Shown: one piece after another, positions 20,067 to 29,717 of the stretch | Layout of the letters: each line of letters starts with the position of its first letter | How positions within the stretch are numbered: the first letter of the stretch is position 1 | Source of the DNA: Minisyncoccota bacterium | Lineage (GTDB): Bacteria; Patescibacteriota; Minisyncoccia; Phycocordibacterales; PALSA-1337 | Assembly (NCBI GenBank): GCA_041666915.1 | Contig: JBAYFZ010000003.1 | Span: 22,394 to 86,393, forward strand | Length of the DNA stretch: 64,000 nucleotides | Direction of reading: 5' to 3' | Translations under genes and position numbers: made by a program | The notes under the pieces: generated by a model | What the model was told of the DNA's origin: nothing | Database searches by the model: none | What the model saw: only the letters and a program-made list of their open reading frames with translations

Positions 20067-21271
20067 AAGCTGTAATTTTATGTGCAGGACTTGGTACTAG
20101 ACTCCGTCCTATAACAAATACGATCCCTAAAGTGATGATTCCTATAGGGGGAAAGCCATTACTTCAACATCATATAGAATGGCTGGTCGGAAATGGAATA
20201 AGAGATATAGGGATAAATTTATTTTATTTACCTGAAGTTGTGGTGGATTATTTCGGTGATGGATCAAAATTTGGTGCACGTATACATTATTCGCATCAGA
20301 AAACTTTATCTGAAACTGCGAGCGGTTTCAAAAATTTTAAAGATTTTGTTGGCAATGAAAGTTGTTTGATTGTTTATGGAGATAACATGTTTGATTTGAG
20401 TGTTTCAGATTTTTCCGATTATCATAAGAAGAAAGGAGGCCTTGCAACTATTGCACTCAAAGAATGGGAAAATCCAGGATCAAAAGGTATAGTTGGCTTG
20501 GATAAAGAAGAAAAGATCTTGTGGTTCAGAGAAAAGCCACAGCCTCATGAAATAACAACAAATGTTGGCAATGCGGGAATATACATAGTAGAACCAGAGA
20601 TTTTTTCTTTCATACCTAGTGATAGAGATTATGATTTTGGTAAGGATATTTTTCCAGCACTTTTGAATGAAGGCAAATTTATTTATGGATACCATTTACA
20701 GGGGTATCATATTGATATTGGCTCCCCAGAAGCTTTAGTGAAAGCTCGGGAAGATTACAAAATATTGTTTCCCAATAAGGCAATATTTATTGATCGTGAT
20801 GGCGTCTTGAATAGAAAACCTAGAGAACATGACTATGTAAAGAATTTCAGCGAATTTTTTTGGAATGATGGGGCTCAAGATCTGATTAAAGAATTTAAAA
20901 CTCGGGGATTTTTGGTTATTGTTATCAGTAATCAACAGGGAATTGCTAAGGGTAAGGTTTCAGAAAAGTTCATTGAGGATTTGCATAAAAAGATGAACGA
21001 AGATCTCAAAACTATCGGAACGAATATCGACGGTTTCTATTATTGCCCGCATCTTGAATCTGAAGGTTGCGTGTGCCGGAAACCTAGCCCAGGACTTTTA
21101 TTTAAGGCTGAATATGATTATAAGATTGATATGTCTAGAAGTTTTATGATTGGTGATTCCAAAAGCGATATTGAGGTGGGGGACAGGGCTGGATGTTTTA
21201 CAATTCAAATTGAGACAGATCTAATTGGTGGACGTTCTGTTCTAGATAAGATAATGCAGAGAGATAAATAG
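20063..21271 (+). CDS. Bifunctional sugar-1-phosphate nucleotidyltransferase (HddC/ManC-like) + HAD phosphatase (GmhB-like)
   Basis: N-terminus: MKAVILCAGLGTRLRPITNTIPKVMIPIGGKPLL. C-terminus: AIFIDRDGVLN ... CPHLESEGCVCRKPSPGLL (the GmhB zinc loop) ... GDSKSD. Confidence 0.7.
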   Translation: MKAVILCAGLGTRLRPITNTIPKVMIPIGGKPLLQHHIEWLVGNGIRDIGINLFYLPEVVVDYFGDGSKFGARIHYSHQKTLSETASGFKNFKDFVGNESCLIVYGDNMFDLSVSDFSDYHKKKGGLATIALKEWENPGSKGIVGLDKEEKILWFREKPQPHEITTNVGNAGIYIVEPEIFSFIPSDRDYDFGKDIFPALLNEGKFIYGYHLQGYHIDIGSPEALVKAREDYKILFPNKAIFIDRDGVLNRKPREHDYVKNFSEFFWNDGAQDLIKEFKTRGFLVIVISNQQGIAKGKVSEKFIEDLHKKMNEDLKTIGTNIDGFYYCPHLESEGCVCRKPSPGLLFKAEYDYKIDMSRSFMIGDSKSDIEVGDRAGCFTIQIETDLIGGRSVLDKIMQRDK

Positions 21272-21296
21272 TTTTTGGTTGATTTTAGACAAAGAA

Positions 21297-22070
21297 TTAT
21301 AGTTTTATCCAACTAGAAGGAATAAGACCTGTCTCTTCTTTATTTTTTTCAACAAACCATTTTTGTGGTGTTGTTACGATTTTTTGTGGGTTTGTATTTA
21401 ACCAAGCACTCCACCAACTAAATGTGCTGTTTGCTGTGATATTATGTTTGCATTGAGTCATAAGGTAGAGTTCTTCAGAATTAGAAAAACCATTTCCAGA
21501 TACGAATTTGATTGGAATATCAAAAGGTATCTTTAAGTTATTTCTTACCCAATCTATATCATCGGAAAAAACAAATACTTTTAATTTATTACTCGAGACA
21601 TCATTTGTTATACCTAGTGTGGTACGAATTTTTTCTATTGCTTTTGAGTAGTATTCTAGTGGAATTTGAAGGTAAACTTTTTGGTTCTTTGTTGCCAGGT
21701 AGTCAGTTCGTCGTATGTGGAGAGAAACTGATTCAGTATTTTTAATTTCTGAAAGATAGGGGTTTAGCTTTTCTTCGTTAATATTTTTTAGTTGGAATTC
21801 TTTTCGTATTATTTTTTCTATAGATTTAAAATACTGTTCACTTTGGAAATAGCCTATAACATGTGTATTGAAAGGATTTAATCTATCAATAAGATTTGCC
21901 ACTTTCGCGTTGATTGAGAAATTTCCTAATTCGTAAGTCCGAAAATTCTTTCGGTCGTATTCTCTCGTATCTAATAATAGTTTCGTATTATTTTTTATAC
22001 TCAAAGAACGTCCCATTGCATATTGGAACATTTGATTACCGAGACCTCCTTGTAGTTTAACGATGATCAT
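21297..22070 (-). CDS. GT11 alpha-1,2-fucosyltransferase-like
   Basis: N-terminal MIIVKLQGGLGNQMFQYA is the GT11 signature. C-terminal STFSWWSAWL. Confidence 0.75.
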   Translation of the reverse strand: MIIVKLQGGLGNQMFQYAMGRSLSIKNNTKLLLDTREYDRKNFRTYELGNFSINAKVANLIDRLNPFNTHVIGYFQSEQYFKSIEKIIRKEFQLKNINEEKLNPYLSEIKNTESVSLHIRRTDYLATKNQKVYLQIPLEYYSKAIEKIRTTLGITNDVSSNKLKVFVFSDDIDWVRNNLKIPFDIPIKFVSGNGFSNSEELYLMTQCKHNITANSTFSWWSAWLNTNPQKIVTTPQKWFVEKNKEETGLIPSSWIKL

Positions 22071-22079
22071 CTGTGGGAT

Positions 22080-22811
22080 TTAAATCTTTTGCGCTAAAAC
22101 GTGGTATCCAAAGCATAGTAATTCTTTGGAACCGATATCTTTCTTGTTGTATTTGTTGAGTAAACGCAACATAAGTTTGATCGAAAGTTTTTCAAATATA
22201 CTTACTTTAGTATTGGAATATTTACTAACAATGTTTGGTACACGACGTATCTCTTGAGCAATATATTCATAGTAGTTTCCATTAGGTATTATCTCTAATA
22301 CCTTAAAACCGTTAGCTTTGAGCACAGTCTCGTAGAAGTATTTATTGAAGCCAGTCGCAAAATGGTAAGGAGTAAAGTGAGATAGACTGCAAAATGGGGC
22401 AGTGATAATCAGTTTGCCGCCAGATTTTAGTAGGCGAGAGAATTCTTTGAAAGCTTCGTTGGGATAAGGGATATGTTCCAGAACCTCAACGCACATTACG
22501 GTGTCAAAGGATTTGTCTGGCCTTGGTATTGAACCAATGTCACTAACGATATCTAATTTGGAGTTGTCCCAGCTACCTGGTTGTAGGGCTGATTCGTTGC
22601 CTCTACCATCATACTTAGCGAAGTCCTGAGAAGTATATTTGAGATGCTGACAGAATTTTTTGTATTGCAATTCACCAGCGCCGGCATCTAGAATGGATAG
22701 GCCCTTAGGTATCTTTTCTAGCGTTGATTTGAGCCAAGTCTCGCGAACTGTTTTGTTATTGGTTCCAATGCTACCATCGGCGAATAGTTTTTTTATAATA
22801 TTGATCGTCAT
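22080..22811 (-). CDS. Class I SAM-dependent methyltransferase
   Basis: ILDAGAGELQY is motif I. Motif II/III VMCVEVLEHIPYP is present. Confidence 0.7.
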   Translation of the reverse strand: MTINIIKKLFADGSIGTNNKTVRETWLKSTLEKIPKGLSILDAGAGELQYKKFCQHLKYTSQDFAKYDGRGNESALQPGSWDNSKLDIVSDIGSIPRPDKSFDTVMCVEVLEHIPYPNEAFKEFSRLLKSGGKLIITAPFCSLSHFTPYHFATGFNKYFYETVLKANGFKVLEIIPNGNYYEYIAQEIRRVPNIVSKYSNTKVSIFEKLSIKLMLRLLNKYNKKDIGSKELLCFGYHVLAQKI

Positions 22812-22820
22812 ATCTTTAAG

Positions 22821-24464
22821 TTATTTTTTAATAAACCAAAAACAACCACAGCCGTAATTTTGAATATTTGCGATTTCTTCTGTAGCATTCTTTATAATTC
22901 CAGCATAGCTTGCATTATCAGGAATCAGGGTGAATTCTTTCAGATCGAATCCTGTAAATAATGAAACAATCTGTTTATAGGAGTAAACACGATGGGAATT
23001 GAATATAACCTTTGGTTTCCCAATAGGTATAACAAAGAGCAAGCTTCCTCCTATTGCTGTAACCCTCTTTAGCTCATCTATAGCTTTGATGTCTGCTGTG
23101 GGATCTATTGGATCACCATATCTCCCTAGTCCTATATGTTCTACTGTATGCATGCATGATATAGAAGTGATACTGTTGTTTTTTAACGGTAATGAAAGAA
23201 GATCTCCTTTTCTTGATTCTAAATCACTCAATGTTATCTTTGCTGGACGAAAGTCGTAGAATTTTACGGGTATAAAGGCTGATAGTATTGATGAAAAAGA
23301 AAGTGTTGATGATATGTCTACGTGAAATTCTGGGTTAATTTGTTTAACTATCCTAGCCGCCCAAGCAGGATGGTAAATATAGTGAGTATCAAATTTTGTG
23401 TCCGCGGTTTTGTCATTCAGTTCTGGTCGTCTATTTTTCCATGAGATTTTAAATCTATAGTCTTTTTTAGACGTAGAATATTGTCGAAATTTTACGAATT
23501 CTTTTAAGTAGATTGTATATTTATAGATCTTTTTTATTGAATTGTAGATTTTTGAAGGAATAAATCTTTTTATTTTTGATAAAAAGGAACTATCAGATAG
23601 AACTATTTTGTAGCCGGTTGTACCAACCTCGCCTGACTTGACTCGTATAGGTCTGTAAATGTAGTTTCTATATTCAAACCATTCTTTTCCACCTTTTTCA
23701 CTGGCAATGTACGCAGCATCCTCATCATTTAATAAGTGTAAATATGGCAATATCATTTTGGTTGCCATGATTGAACTTTTACCAATATCTTGAGCCTTAC
23801 GAACAAACAAGGAATTAATACCATAACGATGTAAATAATATGAATTAGGTAACACAACAAATTTTGCTCCGTTGACGAGTTGTTTGAGAGTAAAACCCCA
23901 TGCTTCCTGAACCCCTTCTCCATATTCCCAATAACCACCGATTTTCTCCCAACTTTTTTTCGTGTACATGAAGTTACCACCAGGTCCGGGATTGATTGGT
24001 CCAGCTAAGAAATCTGCTAGATTCATAACGCCTGGTTTATATGTCCACTTGTGTGTTATTTTATTTATTTTATGTTTTTGAAAATAATGGTATTCACTGA
24101 AAGAAGCCATGTCAGCGTTTTCTGAAAGCAAATAGTTTTTCATTCGTTTGATACTTCCTGGAATCAGGACATTGTCTGAATCTAGATTGAAGATAAGGGG
24201 ATTCTTCGATCTTCTAACACCTATATTGCGACTTGCGGGACACCCAACATTTTTTGGATTATCAATTTCGATTATCGTTGTAAACCTTTTTTTGAGCTTC
24301 CGAATAACGTCTCTTGTCGCATCTGTTGATGCATTGTCAACGATTATAACTTCATCACCATCTTCAAAGTTGCCATTATAAATAGATTCGACCGCTTCAG
24401 CTAAGGTGTCAATACTATTGTACGCCGGTATGACGAAGCTTACTTTTTGATTATTGTTATTCAT
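22821..24464 (-). CDS. GT2 glycosyltransferase fused to a C-terminal DUF268-like putative methyltransferase domain
   Basis: N-terminus: VSFVIPAYNSIDTL, IIVDNASTDAT. C-terminus: SISCMHTVEHIGLGRYGDPIDP ... LLFVIPIGK. Confidence 0.55.
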   Translation of the reverse strand: MNNNNQKVSFVIPAYNSIDTLAEAVESIYNGNFEDGDEVIIVDNASTDATRDVIRKLKKRFTTIIEIDNPKNVGCPASRNIGVRRSKNPLIFNLDSDNVLIPGSIKRMKNYLLSENADMASFSEYHYFQKHKINKITHKWTYKPGVMNLADFLAGPINPGPGGNFMYTKKSWEKIGGYWEYGEGVQEAWGFTLKQLVNGAKFVVLPNSYYLHRYGINSLFVRKAQDIGKSSIMATKMILPYLHLLNDEDAAYIASEKGGKEWFEYRNYIYRPIRVKSGEVGTTGYKIVLSDSSFLSKIKRFIPSKIYNSIKKIYKYTIYLKEFVKFRQYSTSKKDYRFKISWKNRRPELNDKTADTKFDTHYIYHPAWAARIVKQINPEFHVDISSTLSFSSILSAFIPVKFYDFRPAKITLSDLESRKGDLLSLPLKNNSITSISCMHTVEHIGLGRYGDPIDPTADIKAIDELKRVTAIGGSLLFVIPIGKPKVIFNSHRVYSYKQIVSLFTGFDLKEFTLIPDNASYAGIIKNATEEIANIQNYGCGCFWFIKK

Positions 24465-25395
24465 TTTTTCTGAAAACTATTAGAACCGAGTGTCCGATAA
24501 TAAATTTGGTGACAGCTGACACCCCTGTACAAGCTATGCGTCTTGAAATTGGCATTATAAATTTGGTTATAAAACCAATCCTCTTCCTTAGTTTGGTTTC
24601 AATATTTTTATATGCAAGTTTCATTGCATATCCGGAGTGGTATTCTTGTAGGGGCTCTAGGTGAACAGATTCTACGTACATATCAAAATATTTTTGTAAT
24701 TTTATTAGAGAATTTATATCCCATAGGCCCATATGGTGAGGTGGCATATTCAGACTTATTTTATTAGATTGGAAAATAATACTATCGTTGTTGGGGACGC
24801 TTATTATCATTAGTCCTCCAGGTTTCAAGACTGACAGGGAAGATTGAATAAAATTTTTGACCTCAGGTACATGTTCTAGAACTTGGAAAGAACATACCAT
24901 ATCGTATTTATTTGGATTATTTAGAGAGAATTTTTCGATGGAGTCGGTTTTTACTGAGATACCAGAGTTTGTACATGTTCTTGCTGCATCAGAATTCATT
25001 TCTAAGCCTTCAACAATAGCACCTTTATCTTTTAAGGTCTGAAGAAAACTTCCTCGGGCACATCCGATCTCAAGTACCTTATTTCCTTTATTGACATAGT
25101 TTGATGCAATTATATGTTCCCACTTATTATTCATGTAGTACCATGGGAATTTTTCAATTTCTTGATAGAATTTATCATCACCGGCTGTATTGAATGGGGA
25201 ATAGAAACGGTACCCGGTATCGATACACTTGAAGATAGAGATATTTTCAATTGATTTAAAAAAGCTCTTGACGTCTATGTTTAAACCGTTCTTATATTCA
25301 TCGATTATTAGAGAGATTGGGATTTCTTTTTCTAGAATAACGTTATTTGAACCTGTTATTGGGCTTTTTGGTGTCATGGTATTTAATGTTATCAT
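24457..25395 (-). CDS. Class I SAM-dependent methyltransferase
   Basis: VLEIGCARGSFLQTL, then MVCSFQVLEHVPE. Confidence 0.7.
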   Translation of the reverse strand: MITLNTMTPKSPITGSNNVILEKEIPISLIIDEYKNGLNIDVKSFFKSIENISIFKCIDTGYRFYSPFNTAGDDKFYQEIEKFPWYYMNNKWEHIIASNYVNKGNKVLEIGCARGSFLQTLKDKGAIVEGLEMNSDAARTCTNSGISVKTDSIEKFSLNNPNKYDMVCSFQVLEHVPEVKNFIQSSLSVLKPGGLMIISVPNNDSIIFQSNKISLNMPPHHMGLWDINSLIKLQKYFDMYVESVHLEPLQEYHSGYAMKLAYKNIETKLRKRIGFITKFIMPISRRIACTGVSAVTKFIIGHSVLIVFRKNE

Positions 25396-26270
25396 ATTTT
25401 ATTCATAATATATTTCGTAGTCTTCTTTATTGGCTCTGGAATTACTCTTAATAATTTTTGTATTAGAAATCCGATATTATTACCGTTAAACATCTTACGA
25501 TGTGTCATGAGATCGGCAGACAAATTAATTCTAATTACTTTTGGATGAATCAGAGGAAATATAATAGGGTAAGTGGGTAGATTTGAATATTCTGTTATTG
25601 TTGGTGTGTGTGTTGCTTCATTACCAAATCCAATATTAGAAACAAGATTAACATTAGGAAGTATTGATAAACCATTATTTTTGTTTACGGATATTAACCA
25701 TTGTTTATCCCAACTAGAGTAACGTTTTTCTGGTGAGATGCAATTGAAATCATAATAATTCCATGCACGCTTCCAAGTCGCCCATCCCCAGATATGAGTA
25801 TATTCGGAGAAATAATATGATGAATTTCCACGTTTTTTACCATATTGAAAATTATTACCACTTATGTGCATAATTTTATTGTTATTTTTGTAGTATTCTA
25901 ATAATTCCTGACAATAATAATAAAATGATTCATTGGGGAGACAATCATCTTCCAAGATTATTCCATATTCAACATTGTCAAAAAACCAATTAATGGCTGT
26001 TGATACCCCATGACCACAACCGAGATTTTTTTCTTGGAATAATGTTTTTACTTTACATGGCCAGTCTATTTGCTTGGTTATATTACGAGCATCAGAACAT
26101 AGTTGTTTGTCTTCAGATTTATTATTTCTTGGACCATCTCCAGCAATAAATAATCTTTCTGGTTTAACTTTGCGGATCGATTCGAAGACCTTTGCTGTCG
26201 TTTGTGGTCTATTAAAGATAATAAATAGGACAGGTATATCCAGTGATTTTTTTATAGTTTGTTTGTCCAT
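25392..26270 (-). CDS. GT-A fold glycosyltransferase (GNT-I / HlpA-like family)
   Basis: VLFIIFNRPQTT...LFIAGDGPR...NLGCGHGVSTAINWFF...GIILEDDCLP. Confidence 0.5.
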   Translation of the reverse strand: MDKQTIKKSLDIPVLFIIFNRPQTTAKVFESIRKVKPERLFIAGDGPRNNKSEDKQLCSDARNITKQIDWPCKVKTLFQEKNLGCGHGVSTAINWFFDNVEYGIILEDDCLPNESFYYYCQELLEYYKNNNKIMHISGNNFQYGKKRGNSSYYFSEYTHIWGWATWKRAWNYYDFNCISPEKRYSSWDKQWLISVNKNNGLSILPNVNLVSNIGFGNEATHTPTITEYSNLPTYPIIFPLIHPKVIRINLSADLMTHRKMFNGNNIGFLIQKLLRVIPEPIKKTTKYIMNKI

Positions 26271-26317
26271 GTTCTTTTATATAAATAGTTGGTGTTAGAT
26301 AAGTTTTTCGGTTCAGT

Positions 26318-27379
26318 CTAACGTCCGGCGTCAACTTTTACAGTTGAAGCTAGCTTGCTATATCTTTTTTTGAATAATTTTGAAGATATTCTAGAAATTA
26401 TACTTGCACCCCTTGTGATTTCCGGTTTTATTGTTACCCTAACTTTACTAGAATGAGCGTTGTCTCTATTTAATGTATTCATCACCTCACATAATCTAGG
26501 AAAAATCTGATATCTATCTAATATCTGTTTTTTTGCTTCAGATATTTCTTTATGGAATTTTCTGTAATAATCATTTTGAATAGCATTTTCAATAGCCAAT
26601 ATTGCTTCAAAAGGTTTATTTATATCTATCTTTACTATTGTATTTGGAGAAAAATAATCATCGATATTTGGGCAGCCAAAATAGAATGGATAAGATTCAG
26701 CTAATAATGAGTCCGCGAGTTTTTCAGTCCAATAATTTTTATATACGTTATTTTCAATAACTACGTGATATCTGTAAGGAGCGATTCCGTCCCATTTGTC
26801 TGATATCATGTTGATACCGGAACCTAACACATCGAGTTTTTCTTTGAAATGATCTTTTAAAATTTTTATGAATTTTAATCTTTTTCGGTGTCCTCGGGTC
26901 GTAGTTTTACTCGATGATATCACTGATATTAATTTTGTCTTGGATATATCGGTAAGCCGTTTCAATTCATCGTAACTCTTTGTGAAAGGACCAAGTTTAT
27001 TGTTTTTTAAATCAAAATGAGCACCAATATACCACGGTAAGAGCTGGAATTTAAAAATATTTTTATTATCTAATCCTTCTTGAGTAGTGATGATGGTATT
27101 AAACTGCTTGGTGAAGTCTTTGTTGTATTTTTTTATACTTGGAGGTTCACCTGTAATAAGTATTGTATTTTCCGGATAGCACTTTATTGTTTGTTCTCTT
27201 GGTATTCCATCAATGATTACCCACCAGTCAAATTCTTCTGTATTGTCGTCTGTATAAAATTGGTAATTTCCCCAAATCCCCTTTGATTCTGGAGTCTGTC
27301 TCAAGAATGACCAACCATGAGAGTTTGATGATATTTTGACTTTGATTCTTTCGTTCATATTATTATGATTTGTACCCAA
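26318..27379 (-). CDS. GT10-like alpha-1,3/4-fucosyltransferase (candidate)
   Basis: C-terminal YRYHVVIENNVYKNYWTEKLADSLLAESYPFYFG resembles the GT10 F-x-L-x-FENS-x4-Y-x-TEK motif. Confidence 0.45.
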   Translation of the reverse strand: MGTNHNNMNERIKVKISSNSHGWSFLRQTPESKGIWGNYQFYTDDNTEEFDWWVIIDGIPREQTIKCYPENTILITGEPPSIKKYNKDFTKQFNTIITTQEGLDNKNIFKFQLLPWYIGAHFDLKNNKLGPFTKSYDELKRLTDISKTKLISVISSSKTTTRGHRKRLKFIKILKDHFKEKLDVLGSGINMISDKWDGIAPYRYHVVIENNVYKNYWTEKLADSLLAESYPFYFGCPNIDDYFSPNTIVKIDINKPFEAILAIENAIQNDYYRKFHKEISEAKKQILDRYQIFPRLCEVMNTLNRDNAHSSKVRVTIKPEITRGASIISRISSKLFKKRYSKLASTVKVDAGR

Positions 27380-28091
27380 TCAATCTTTTTATAGACCTCT
27401 TGATTTTCTTCATTATTACTTCGTATTTATTTTTTAGTGGTTCTTTGTATGTATTGAAAATAGATTTTTTTAATATGAAAATATCATCGATTTTGATTCT
27501 AGTTAGTTTCTTGTATCCTTTATTAGACAAAAAATTATTTAGACGTTTATCTTCAAATGGATTTTCAACAGAGATACATTCAATATGGAAGCGACCAAAA
27601 TCAATTGATTGTAATATTTCTAGTTCGCCACCTTCAGTATCTAAACTGAAGTAGTCTATATGGGAAAGCCTGAATTTTTCTAGGACATCGTTGATTGTCA
27701 TTGTTTGAACATCTATTGTGGTAGTTGTAACTCCACGTTCTGATGCTTCTTTTTGTAGCCTGTCAAGGTATCGTTTATCAAAGGTTTCAACTAATCCAGA
27801 AATCTGACCCATATCTCCAGGCGCTTCAATAAATTTTTTTGTAGTAGCTTTATTCGAAGAGATAGCTATGTTTGTTGTCTGACAGTGGCGGTTTTTTACA
27901 AGTTTTTCGTAGGCGGACTTTCTTGGTTCTATACATAAACCTGACCAACCCCTTTCGCGTTCAAAGAAAAGAGTATTGCTACCAACCACTCCGTCATCTG
28001 CACCCATCTCCAGAAATACTCCATTTTTGAATTGTTTGAATACATTTTCATCGAGAAATTTATCCTGATTGTATTGGCTATAGTATCTCAT
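27363..28091 (-). CDS. FkbM-family methyltransferase
   Basis: FLEMGADDGVVGSNTL ... IDYFSLDTEGGE. Confidence 0.7.
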   Translation of the reverse strand: MRYYSQYNQDKFLDENVFKQFKNGVFLEMGADDGVVGSNTLFFERERGWSGLCIEPRKSAYEKLVKNRHCQTTNIAISSNKATTKKFIEAPGDMGQISGLVETFDKRYLDRLQKEASERGVTTTTIDVQTMTINDVLEKFRLSHIDYFSLDTEGGELEILQSIDFGRFHIECISVENPFEDKRLNNFLSNKGYKKLTRIKIDDIFILKKSIFNTYKEPLKNKYEVIMKKIKRSIKRLIGYKS

Positions 28092-28093
28092 GG

Positions 28094-28840
28094 TTATTTT
28101 ATTAGTTCTGTTCTGATAAAAATTGCATCCCCAGAGATTAATACATTATCTTTGTCATAGTATAGATTGAAATTTTTATAAAAATGGTAATCATATTGAG
28201 CTAAGAATTTCTCTATGTCTTTGAATAATGGTTGGTTTTTGTAAATAGCTACAAATTCAACTTCAGAGTATATAAGATCAATAGCTTTTTTTGAAAGCAT
28301 CTCTTTTGCACCTTCAAGGACCAACATTTCTCCACCCTGAACATCTATTTTGAGAATGTTTATATGATTCAAATTATTCTTATCACAAAAATTGTCGAGA
28401 GTATTTGTAATAATCTGAATTTGTGATTTTGATTTCAAATTTTCTTTACCGCTGTATTTATCGTCGAAAGGTAAGAGGGAATTGGTATAGTGACATTCGT
28501 TAGAATAAAAAGATGCTGTTCCGGTGTGATTTGAAAGGGCGATATTGTTTCGTAGTGTCATTTTGTCGCCGTCAGTATTGTTTGAATATATTTTAAAAAC
28601 ATCCTTGAATGGTTCGAAACCAAATATTTTACTTTTTGGAAATAGTTTACGATATTTTTGTGTTGTCTGACCTACATTTGCTCCGACGTCAAAAATAATT
28701 TTAGTATTGGTATCTCGTAATAATTTTTTTTGTTCAATGAAATCTGAAGTCATTATTATTTTCCTTAGGCTTAAATCAAGACCAAGAAATTTTCTTGCCA
28801 TAGATTTTATTAATTTCTTTGTATCTTGTATCAGTTTCAT
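28094..28840 (-). CDS. FkbM-family methyltransferase
   Basis: IFDVGANVGQTTQKY ... ILKIDVQGGE. Confidence 0.7.
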   Translation of the reverse strand: MKLIQDTKKLIKSMARKFLGLDLSLRKIIMTSDFIEQKKLLRDTNTKIIFDVGANVGQTTQKYRKLFPKSKIFGFEPFKDVFKIYSNNTDGDKMTLRNNIALSNHTGTASFYSNECHYTNSLLPFDDKYSGKENLKSKSQIQIITNTLDNFCDKNNLNHINILKIDVQGGEMLVLEGAKEMLSKKAIDLIYSEVEFVAIYKNQPLFKDIEKFLAQYDYHFYKNFNLYYDKDNVLISGDAIFIRTELIK

Positions 28841-28844
28841 TATG

Positions 28845-29705
28845 TTAGATTGTTATCCACGATTTCAATATTAGATGTTTGGTATATTCCGCATTCATGA
28901 CTGGGTCGATAAACCATTTTTTTGGATTGATTACGATTTTGTTAGGGTTGGCATTCAACCATGCACCCCACCAACTAAATGTACTATTGCCAATAATGTT
29001 GTGTTTACATCTACTCATTATCGACAGCTCTTCATAGTCAGTTATTTCTTTTCTAGATACAAAAGTTACTGGATTAATAAAATTTAGATTTTCTTTTGCC
29101 CACTTAATATCGTCAGAAAAAACAAAATAATGCGGGTTACTCGTATTTTTAGAGATATAATCAACAGCTTTTTCGTAGTAATCAACTGAAGTTGTTGGTT
29201 TTTCAAATTTCACATTTCCCAACATGATGTCACCCCTTCTAATGTGGATAGAAACAGAGTTGGTATTTGTTATGGCGTTAATCTCGTCTTTGTATTTGAG
29301 ATCTATAGACTGTTTTAATTTGAATTCTTCCCTGAGAATGTCTTCTATTCCTTCAAAATATTTTGGACTTTGAAAAATTCCACGTATGTACATATTTTTT
29401 CTCTTAATACCGATAAGGTTTTTATCAAAAGCCCAGTTTTTTTCCCAGACAAATCTTCTCCTGTAATAGGGTATTAATCGTTCGAGGTAGTATAGAAAAT
29501 CTTTATTTTTTAGTTTTTTGCATTCACTCTCGGTTGCGACAACATCTTTGATATTAAAGAATCTAATTTTAAGAGCGTCCATTACGTTGACGTAACTCCT
29601 AAGATCGAGCTTGATTTCTGTGTGACTGTCATGTGCAAATTTTCGTGCAGCAGCGTACTGAAACAATTGATTTCCTAATTGACCTTTGAAAGCAGTGATA
29701 ATCAT
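28845..29705 (-). CDS. GT11 alpha-1,2-fucosyltransferase-like (paralog of 21297-22070)
   Basis: MIITAFKGQLGNQLFQYA ... STFSWWGAWL. Confidence 0.75.
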   Translation of the reverse strand: MIITAFKGQLGNQLFQYAAARKFAHDSHTEIKLDLRSYVNVMDALKIRFFNIKDVVATESECKKLKNKDFLYYLERLIPYYRRRFVWEKNWAFDKNLIGIKRKNMYIRGIFQSPKYFEGIEDILREEFKLKQSIDLKYKDEINAITNTNSVSIHIRRGDIMLGNVKFEKPTTSVDYYEKAVDYISKNTSNPHYFVFSDDIKWAKENLNFINPVTFVSRKEITDYEELSIMSRCKHNIIGNSTFSWWGAWLNANPNKIVINPKKWFIDPVMNAEYTKHLILKSWITI

Positions 29706-29717
29706 GATGATGTTTAA

